Shown: piece after piece, positions 40,501-51,733 of the stretch | Layout: every line of letters starts with the position of its first letter | How positions within the stretch are numbered: position 1 is the first letter of the stretch | NCBI RefSeq assembly: GCF_006345805.1 | Contig: NC_042997.1 | Span: 89,528,001-89,592,000, forward strand | DNA length: 64,000 bases | Reading direction: 5' to 3' | DNA from: Octopus sinensis | Taxonomy: Eukaryota | Program-made: the position numbers and the translations under genes | The notes under the pieces: generated by a model | Databases searched by the model: none | What the model was told of the DNA's origin: nothing | Seen by the model: only the letters and a program-made list of their open reading frames with translations

Positions 40501-41399
40501 AGTGTCAAATTTGCTTTTCATCCTTCTAGGGAGCTCAATAAAATAAGTACCAGTCAAGTACTGTGGTTGACGTAATTGACTTCCCTCTCTTTCCACAAAA
40601 ACTGCTAGTCCTAAGCCCATCCCCCACCAAAATTTGAAACCATTATAGCCCCAGGTGGATTTGGTGGATGGAAAGTGAAAGAGGCCTATCAAAAATACCA
40701 CTCACTGGACAACATAAACCAAATTGATCTGACCTCGGATAATTGCCAAAATAACTAGGCCCAGGAGATCTATAGGCTCATAAATAATGAAATTTATCAT
40801 ATTTTGATGATAGTACCACCCCTTCCCACATCTATGGTACCAGCACTGGGTGTATGAGCACCTAAAGCTAAGCCTAGGCATAGCTCTTGGTTAACTAATG
40901 ATCTCCACCATTTTCAAATAGCAGTAATGCTTTATAATATCCACAGGTTAAGTAATTCTTTCTACTATAAGCACAAGGCCTGAAATTTTGGAGGAGGGGA
41001 TTAGCCAATTATATTTTCCTCAGTTCTCAACTAGTACTTATTTCATCAGCCCCGAAAGGGATGAAAGATAAAGTTTATCTGAGCGGAATTTGAATTCAGA
41101 ATGTAACGAAATGGAAGAAATGCTGTAAAGCATTTTTTCTGATACTCTAATAATTCTACCAGATTGTTACCTTCTTAAATAACAACAACAACAACAACAA
41201 CAACAACAATAATCCTTTCTACTATAGGCACAAAACCTGAAATTTTGGTCCCAGTATGCAACTGGTACTTAATTTATCAACTCTGAAAGGATGAAAGGGA
41301 AAGTTGACCTTGGTGGAATTTGAACTCAGAACGCAGTGATGAGCGAAACACTGCTAAGCTTTTCATCTAGTGTGCTAATGATTCTGCCAGCTTGCTACC

Positions 41400-41431
<32 letters not shown>

Positions 41432-43329
41432 CATGAAGAAGAAGAAGATGAAGAAACAACAAAAGCTATAAAACAAATGAAATCCAAACTAAAAATAGAA
41501 CAGCAACGAACCATGATAAAACGATGGCAAGAAAAGCCCCTTCATGGTAAATACTGGACTAAACTAAACGCAAAAGAAATAGACAAAGAAAAATCCCAGC
41601 AATGGTTAAGGAGTTCAGGACTCAAAGCAGAAACAGAGGGATTTTTAATTGCAGCACAAGACCAAAGCCTCCCCACCAGAAATTACCAAAAACATGTAAT
41701 GAAAAGAAATATTACAAGTAACTGCAGAATATGTGGAGATGGACAAGAAACAATAAATCATATTATCTCTAGCTGCCCAGTCCTGGCTAAGAAGGAATAT
41801 ATTCACAGACATGACAGAGTTGGAACCTACATACATTGGAAGCTATGCCAACATTATGGAATAACAACAGAAAAAAGATGGTATAGGCACACACCAGAAA
41901 AGGTCACAGAAAACGAGAAAGCAACCATACTCTGGGATATACCGATACACACAGATAGAGAAATTAGGGCCAACAGACCAGATATAGTTGTCAGAGATCA
42001 TGAAGAAAAAAAATGCTTTCTAATTGATGTATCAATACCGGCTGATGACAACGTGTCTCTAAAAGAAATGGAGAAACTATCAAAATACAAAGACCTGGAA
42101 ATAGAGGTAACTAGAATGTGGAATCTGAAAACAGAAACAATTCCTATCATAGTAGGTGCATTAGGCATGATAAAAAAATATTCAGACAAATACATAACAA
42201 AAACACCAGGACTTACAAACATATATAACATACAGAAAATTGCACTACTAGGCACTGCACACATCCTACGCAGAACACTTTCCATACAATAACCATCAGA
42301 GCATCACAACAAATCACAGCACATACCCAAGGCACACAGAGCTGCGCTCGGTAGTGAAGTGAAAGCACGCTATAAAAATAAAACTACTGAATAATAATAA
42401 TAATAATAATCCTTTCTACTATAGGCACAAAGCCCGAAACTTGGAGGAGGAGGTAAGTCAATTACATTGATCCCAGTGTTTCGTTGGTACTTATTTTACT
42501 GACCCCAAAAGGATGAAAGGTAAAGTTGATCTCGGCAGAATTTGAACTCAGAACATAGCAACAGGTGAAATATTACTAGGCATTTTATCAAGCTTGCCAC
42601 CATAATAACAACAACAACAACAACAACAATAATAATGGTTTCAAATTTTGGCACAAGACCAGCAGTTTGGAGGAGGGGCTAAGTCAATTAAATTGACCCC
42701 AGTGTTCAACTGGTACTTATTTTATTGACCTTGGAAGGATGAAAGGCAAAGTCAACCCTGGCAGAATTTGAACTCATAATATAAAGATGGATGAAATACT
42801 GCTAACCATTTCACCCAGCATGCTAATAATTCTAATAATAATAATCCTTTCTGCTATAGGCACAAGGCCTGAAATTTGGGGGAAGGGGTAAGTCATTTAC
42901 ATCAACCCCAGTAATCAACTGGTACTTATTTTATCAACCCCAAAAAGATGAAAGGCAAAGTCAACCATGGCAAAATTTTAATAATAATAATAACAATAAT
43001 AATTTCTCTAAAAGTAATGGAGAAACTATCAAAATACAAAGACCTGGAAATAGAGGTAACTCAAATATGGAGTCTAAAAGCAGAAACAATTCTTATCATA
43101 GTAGATGCATTAGGTATGATAAAAAATATTCAGACAAATACATAACAAAAATACCAGGACTAATAAGTATATATAACATACAGAAAATAGCACTACTAAG
43201 CACCACACACATCCTATGTAAGACACTTCCAATACATTAACAATAAGAGTATCACAACAAACTACAGCACATACCCAAGGCACTCAGTGCTGCACTTGGT
43301 AGTGCAGTGAAAGCACGATAAAAATAAGA

Positions 43330-43371
<42 letters not shown>

Positions 43372-44019
43372 TTTGGCATAGGGCCAGCAGTTTTTGAGGG
43401 GAATTCGATTACATCAGCCCTAGTATTTGATTGGTACTTATTTTATCAACTCCCAAAAGGATGAAAGGCAAAGTTGACCTCAGTGGAATTTGAACTCAGA
43501 ATGTAAAGATGGATGAATACTGCTAAACATTTTGTCCAGCATGCTATTGGTTCTGCTAGCTCACCACTTTGATAATAACAATAATAATAATGAGAGATGA
43601 CCAGACATTGTTGTAGTTGATAAAATGATAAAGGAAACAAAAATTATAGATATTGCCATACCTGGGGATGTATGAGTGGATGATAAAGAACTGGAAAAGA
43701 CTGAGAAGTATGAGCCACTAAAAGATGTGATCATATGAATGTGGCCAATGAAGAAAGTTACTATCATCATCCCACTAGTTGTAGGAGCATTAGTAGCATT
43801 AACAACCAGGTTTGAGAAATCTGTTGTAGAAATTGGGATTGACATGAGGGTAGAACATGCTCAGAAAACTGCTTTATTAGGGACAGTGAAGATTTTGAGA
43901 CAGGTACTTGAGTGTTAGGTATCATGGAAGAAGACCCTGTAAGACCCTTGACAACAAGTTGTTGTCTGCTCTTACAGAAATAGCCAAAGCAAGTGAAATC
44001 AAGAAGTCTGAGAAGTGAA

Positions 44020-44076
<57 letters not shown>

Positions 44077-44773
44077 GATGATGATGATGATGATGATGAT
44101 ACAAACGTTGGCTCTGCTTATTCTTTTGAATTCATTCAAACTGAATTCCTTTTCCATGACCAATTTTTGATTCTGGTCTTCAGGTGACATTGTATTACTA
44201 TCTTCTTCTTCTGAGAGGAATACCACTTGAACACTGTATGTCTTTTGTATGACAGTATTTTCAGGCATCTCAAAGGACGGCTACAGGAACAAAAGTCAAT
44301 TATCATCTTCATTAGAATATTGATAAATTTTCAACCAATGAAATTCATCTTTTAAAACAAAGTTGGGAACAACTTTTACAATTGCATAAAAAAAAAAAAA
44401 AATAAAACCAGTGATCTAATGGAAAAATTCATAAACACTCTTCCACTTTTCAACCACTGATCAGCAGCCTTTTATCTCTTATACAGACGTAATTAGAGGA
44501 GACATTAATTATTGGTTGTGCAATCTGTAGTAGCAATGATGATGATGGCAGTGGTCGATAGCTAAGGCAATGGTTATGATAATTATGATAATAGCAATGA
44601 TGATGATGAGGAGGAAGACAACAACTATGATGGTGATGGTGGTGGTGGTTGTAGTGATGGTGATGGCAACAACAAAGAGGATGTTGAAAATAATGCCAAC
44701 AATGATGCTGTTGCTGATGATGATGATGACTATGATGGTGATGGTGGTCGTGGCAGTGACAATGATGATGACA

Positions 44774-44817
<44 letters not shown>

Positions 44818-46720
44818 AATGATGATGCAAAAGACAAACTGCATGAAGCATGCTTAAAATGTGTGACAGAACATTATAGTGAGATTATGGGTATTGAACA
44901 TAGAAGAGAAATAAAGTAAGCAGGATCTGTTAGTGTGTCATGTTAACTTGTTTGGAAAAATTGGCTGAGTGGTAAGAAGTTTGCTTCTTAACCACATGGT
45001 TCAAGGTACAGTCCCACTGTATGGCACCTTGGGTGAGTATCTTCTACTACATCTTCAGGCCACTAGTAAGTGGGTTTGGTAGATGGAAACTGAAAGAAAT
45101 CCATTGAAAATATATTCTTTTACTTGCTTCAGTCATGCATGCATGTATGTATGTATGTATGTATGTATGTATGTATGTATGTATGTATGTATGTATGTAT
45201 GTATGTATGTATGTATGTATGTATGTATGTATGTATGTATGTATGTATGTATGTATGTATGTAGTATGTATGTATGTATGTATGTATGTATGTATGTATG
45301 TATGTATGTATGTATGTATGTATGTATGTATGTATGTATGTATGTATGTATGTATGTATGCATCTGCATGTCCCACAGTCTAATGACTGAAATAAGTGAA
45401 CGATGCAAACTAAAACAAATCAGTTGAAAGAGAATATGGGCATTAAAAATGTCCCTCAATGTATAAGGAGAGATGGTTGTTTATGTATGGGGAAGTGATA
45501 TGAATGGATGATGAAGAATAAGTGAAAATCTATCATGCAGGGTATCTACAGCAAAAGAAGATTGGGTAACATGTGCAAAGAAATTATGAAACTAGGCCAT
45601 AGGAAATGTTGAGCCTTATAGTAGCAATATAATAAATAGTAGACCATGATATATAGGAAAAAAATGGATGGCTAAAATGCTGATGATAATATAGTGACTG
45701 CTGAAAATAATTAAGCTGCCATGTTCTCATTAGAGGTGTCTAAAAAGATTTTATTTAATCTTTAGTGTTTAAACTGGCCATATTGACCTCAAAATTTCAA
45801 CCTATTTTATGTTAAAACTGGCCAGATCTGGCCTCTCACACCTACCTTTACAATGTCATTTCAAAAATAAGCAATCACATCATCAAAATCTTGTAGTCAC
45901 GAGATAAGATAATATATAACTAATACAAAACAATATGAATGAATAAGCATTACATTTGACAGAATAATCTGAATGCTAAAGGGTAAAATATGTTCAAAAG
46001 GTTTTTGTTCAAGAGTAGTATATGTTTCACACCGAGTGTCTGGCTTTGTATAGGAGGTTAAGGAAGAGTTAATAATGGTATCAACTGTGTGAGAATCACT
46101 GTGGCTCAGTGATTAAAGTATTCAGCTCATAATCATAACATCGTAAGCTCAATACCTGGTGGTGCATTGTGTCCTTGAGTAAGACACTTTATTTTACATT
46201 GCTCCAATCCAGTCAGCTGGTAAAGATGAGTAGTAGTTTACTTCAAATGGCCAACCATGTCACATTCAGTTTCATGTTGAATCTCTCTGAGAACTATGTT
46301 AAGGGTACACATGTCTGTGGAGTGCTCAGCCCCTTTTACATTAATTTCACAAGCTGGCTGTTCTGTTGATTAGAGCAACTAGAACCTGCATTGTTGTAAC
46401 CGACAGAGTGCCAGTTTATTTGTGCTAAGCAAGCAAACTCACCTTCATTTCTTGAGGCATTGGGATTCCACTGATGGAAGGAACGTTCATAATTATCACT
46501 GCTACATTTTCTATATGATCTACAAAAGAAAAAATATTACTAAAAATATCCCTATAGGCACAGGCATGGCTGTGTGGTAAGAAGCTTGCTTCTCAACCAC
46601 ATGGCTCCAGGTTCAGTCCTACTATGTGGCACCTTGGGTAAGTGTCTTTTACTATAGCCTCAGGCTGGCCAAAGCCTTGTGAGTGGATTTGTTAGACAGA
46701 AACTGAAAGAAGCCTGTTGT

Positions 46721-46771
<51 letters not shown>

Positions 46772-49250
46772 ATACAAAGGAAGAAAATGGAGAATGTATA
46801 CACAGAATAATCAATATATTTTATTATAATAGTTAATTCATGTTGCCTATGCATATTTCGGTTTATTACTTAAATCCATATTTATGCATTTAAACTGCAT
46901 TATGAACTTGAAAAAGCAAAACCCTTCATCAGGATATAGGCAAAATTTAAAATTGAAATTAAAATTCTTCAGACCAAGCTTAAATTCTAATAGTAATAAT
47001 ACACAAAACAAGATTCACAATAATGATATTAACAGGGAAATAAACAAATATAAAGATAAAATAATTAAAGATAACACATAACATAAGAGAACAATAGAGT
47101 AACAAGCTTAGAAAATAAATACTGGAGTTGAGTACTTTAACTAAAAACATTCAAAACAATGCCCTGACATGGCTGCAGTCCAATGACTAAAACAAGTAAT
47201 AGATACAAGAACTAAAGTGTTATCAAAATACCATCATATAGGGAAAAAAAATTTATCTATACCAGTGAGTCTCAGATGGTATACTGATGTGCTGCAAAGA
47301 GCGTCTAAGTGTGTAGTTGAATTTTAAATATAAAATATAACTAGCATTCTGTCAGTTTATCTGATCAATAGAACAGCTTGCTTGTGAAATTAACATGCAT
47401 GTGGCTGAGCACTCCACAGACACAATGTACCCTTAATTTGGTTCTCAGGGAGATTCAGCATGACACGGAATGTAACAAGGCTGGCCCTTGAAATACAGGT
47501 ACTACTCATTTTTGCCAGGTGAGTAGGCTGGAGCAATGTGAAATAAAGCATCTTGCTTAAGTACACAATGCATTGCCAGGAATTGAAATCATGCCCTTAT
47601 GATTGTGAGCTGAATACCCTGACCACTAAGCCATGCGCCTTCATAAAATATATAATATAAGACTCAAGAAAATCTATAGTAATGGTTTGTTAACATGTTA
47701 TTCATAATCTTGTTATATTTAAGTATAATTAATAAAATAAAATAAGCAATAGATTTCTAGCTATTTTCATTTTTCGAAATTTTTTACTTTAACCTGCTAA
47801 TGGTGAAGTTAAATATCATTGTTATTCTAGTAATGAAACTAAAACTAAAAAAAAAAGTATCAAAAAATATATTGATATATAACCTACTTTTCACATTTAA
47901 GGGTAATAAAACAATAAGCGGATAAATCTGATTTCCACAGTAAAAAGGTTAAAAACCTAGATTTTTAAAAAACTTTCTCTGCAAAGTGCATTAGTAATTT
48001 TTACCTTTCCATGGGAAGTGAAGGAAGTGAATCAATAGTTTTTAAGTTTTCATGGGAAGTGTACAAGTAATTTATAACCTACCATGGAAAGTGTATTAAT
48101 GATATTTTAATCCACCAAGGTAGGTGTACCAGTCATTTTAAATTTTCAATGTGATGTACACCAATATATATATATTTTTTATTTCTAGTGTATCAAAAAT
48201 TCAAAATGTTTGAGAAACACTGATTTAAAACACATCATGGTATCATGAAATTATTTTAAAATTGAAATTTGTGGAAAGCATACAAAAACTCACCTTTGTA
48301 CATTTGGAGATCCTTAAAATGAAATCTTTCATCAGCTCTGATTGTAATATAATCCAAAACCACCAGGAGGGGTAAACTGGCAATGACAAAGCCACGATAT
48401 CCTGTAACAAGCTTTAAAAAATTACAGAAATTTAGAATTCACAACACTTTGAGATGTGAGTACATTTCATTCTATTTGAAAATTTCATTAATTCTAGACA
48501 AAGGTGGGGCAAGCTTGCAGAGTTGTCATTATGCAGGACAAAATGCTAAGCAATATTTCTTCTGAGTTCAAATTCCACCGAGATCAACTTTGTCTTTCAA
48601 ACTTTTGGGGCTGATAAAATAGAATACCCTTTGGGCACTGGGGTCAATGTATTGACTAGCCCTGTCCCACAAAATTTCAAGCTTTGTGCTTATAGTAGAA
48701 AGGATTATTTCTGGACAAAACATTTAACACTATAATCCCACAGAGATATAACCAATATAGTTTACGGCTACTTACCTACACATCAATTACTAATGTTAGA
48801 ATGTATTCTAGGCTGTACAAATCTCAGCAGTCAATGTATCTCCAAATCTCCATAGAAAGACACAACAGACACAAAGATCCTCTCTCCTACTAAACCTCTT
48901 TTTCTATAATATAAACAACTAGAATAGAGTAGGGTATGGTGAGCTCAGTGTACTCTAAAACCTACTTGCAGTTACCAAGATAAACAACAGTAAGATATGG
49001 GTGTAGTTATAAAATAGACAAACATTTAAAGTGTAGTACTACTTGACTACTAGCTTAGAATTCATAAGTTCAAATCTATTGCAAATGTTTAACTGGTGTC
49101 CAATAAAAAAAGAAAAAAGCAAGAGAGGAGGTAACTGAAAGAGAGAGAGAGGGAAGGAGAAGAGGGAGTGTCTATCTTGCACCAGTATCCAATAGGGAGG
49201 TAGAGAGAGAGAGAGTTTGTGTGTGCATGTGTGTGTGTATTATACAGTGT

Positions 49251-49303
<53 letters not shown>

Positions 49304-50749
49304 TAGGTATGGCTGTGTGGTAAGGAGTTTGCTTCCCAACCACATGGTTTTAGGTTCAGTCCCACTGAGTAGAACCTTGGGCAAATGTCTTCTTCTATAG
49401 CCTTAAGCTGACCAAAGCCTTGTGAGTAGATTTGATAGACAGAAACTGAAAGAAGTCCATCGTGGTGCTATTAAGTTAGACATGGCTTGGGCCTGTGCTG
49501 GCCGAAACCTATCTAAGTTAAGTTATTACAGTTCTATATTTAAGAGATGAGGAATTATGTACATTATTTACATTATTTAAGTCCTGGGGTCAATTTGTTC
49601 AACTAAAGGTGGTGCTCCAGTATGGCCACAACCAAATGACTGAAACAAGTAAAAGAATACATACATTCATACATACATATGTTTCCTCATATACAGGCAA
49701 AGCCATTGCCAGAAAGAATCACTGAAATGAGTCATTATTGATGCAATGTGAGGCCCTTGTATAACTCTTGAGGCTGGCCAAAGATTTGAACACTCTATTG
49801 CATAATGTACAGCTGTGCTGGCTGGCAGAAGGAACAGGTGCCATAGTATAAACTCTTTTGACATGCCTTTTCAATCCTCCAACTGAAAGGCACACCTTTC
49901 CGCAGGTTGCACATGTTCTGTTGTGAACAATAGCCATATTACAATTTACCATGGGTCGACTCCTGTGAGTTCTCTGATGGCTGACCAGGCCCACACAACT
50001 CAAGCATCTCCTCCATCAATGACACTCACAAAAAGCAACACTAACTCATTTTCCACAAGTTCATTCCTGCTAAGCCTTCTCTTAATCTTTCCATGCTTCA
50101 TTTTCTCTCTTTCAAATCTCAAAAAAACCACTGTGCTCCATCTTGCTTGCTCCATTCTCTGTATAAAAATATACAGAGTAGCAATTCCTTCTTTATTTAG
50201 TATTTCTTGTTTTTTTTTAATTTTTAAATTTGTTGTTTTTGTTGTTATTAGGATTTGTGGTTGAAAACAAAGGTGCGAAGAAATCAATCAACCATTTCAA
50301 AGTTGGAATCAACGGAAGAGCAAGTGCTCCACTCTCTTGTTCCATCCATCTCAGTCATATGCCTCCCTCCCCCAATCAACAACTGAAACTCCTGTCTGTG
50401 TCAGAGCAATTCTGAGGCAGTCCTTGAACCTCATTTTGGGTTTATGTGCTGGTCTCCTACCATCTTCCAGCTCACCATACAAAAGGTGTTTGGGAAGTCT
50501 TTCATAATTTATTCTTACTAGATGCTCACCCCACCTCAAATGACTTTGCAGAATCATTGATTCTACACTTCTACTACCACTTCTCTCAAGTACCTCCACA
50601 TCACTGATGGCCATATATTTATATATACATACATATATGTACGTATGTATACATATATATTTTCTTTGGTGAATTACCTATTGGAGCACTCAGGACACAT
50701 GTCTATTAGTTTGGGTTACCTTGACCTAAACTCTTCATATCTTCTGTAT

Positions 50750-50784
<35 letters not shown>

Positions 50785-51686
50785 TATATATTTACATGTG
50801 TGTGTCTTTGTGTCTGTGATTGTCCCCCACCACCGCTAGCCAACTGGTGTTGGTGTGTTTACATCCCTGTAACTTAGTGGTCTGGCAAAAGAAACTGATC
50901 AAATAAGAAACAGGCTTAAAAAAAAACAAGAAAAGAAGTGCAGAGATCAATTCATTTGACAAAAATTCTTCAAGGTGGTGCAGTAGCATGGCCACAGTCT
51001 AATGACTGAAATAAGTAAACAGTAAAAGAAAAAAGATGTGTGTGTATGTATGTATGCATTTAATGATATTACAGAGGCATAATTGCTACTGATAAATAGT
51101 TGTTAGAATTCATTATGTGTATGCTAAAACAGGTGAGTACAGGGTGTAATATAAATTACTGAATGACAAGTAAGCAAGAGGTATGTATTCAACTTCATTA
51201 GCTAAGATCTGGAGTCAAGCACTCAGCTCTGAATTCATTGCTTCTTATAGCAGAACAGTGTAAGGCAATGAAGTTGATTACATGATTCATTCCCTGAGTA
51301 TTCAATAACATATATATATAATTTAAAAATAGGATAAAATCTTTATAAGAATTTATCAAGTAGTTAACGTGAAAAACCTCATAAGAGAAAAGTCCACCAA
51401 TTTTTTCTCTTAAATATATTTATTTATATTACATAGAGGGCATTACTAAACAGAAATGCCACATGCTAGGAGGGACTTTTAAAGTCAAAACTACCAAAAT
51501 AAATGAACACATCGTACCAAGTGCGAGGGAATGTAACTCTCGAAGCAAGCCACTGTTTTTAAGTGGCTTGCTCTCAGAATTACATTCCTTCGCACTCAGT
51601 ATGATGTGTTTATTTATTTTGGTAGTTTTGACTTTAGAAGTCCCTCTTAGTGTGTGGCATTTATGTATAATAATACCCTTTATATA

Positions 51687-51733
<47 letters not shown>

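Noticed and set aside
41336-41430. N-terminal part of the 318-aa ORF as a real protein start
   Set aside because: Comes from a SINE head and (TAA)n read through into a truncated LINE.
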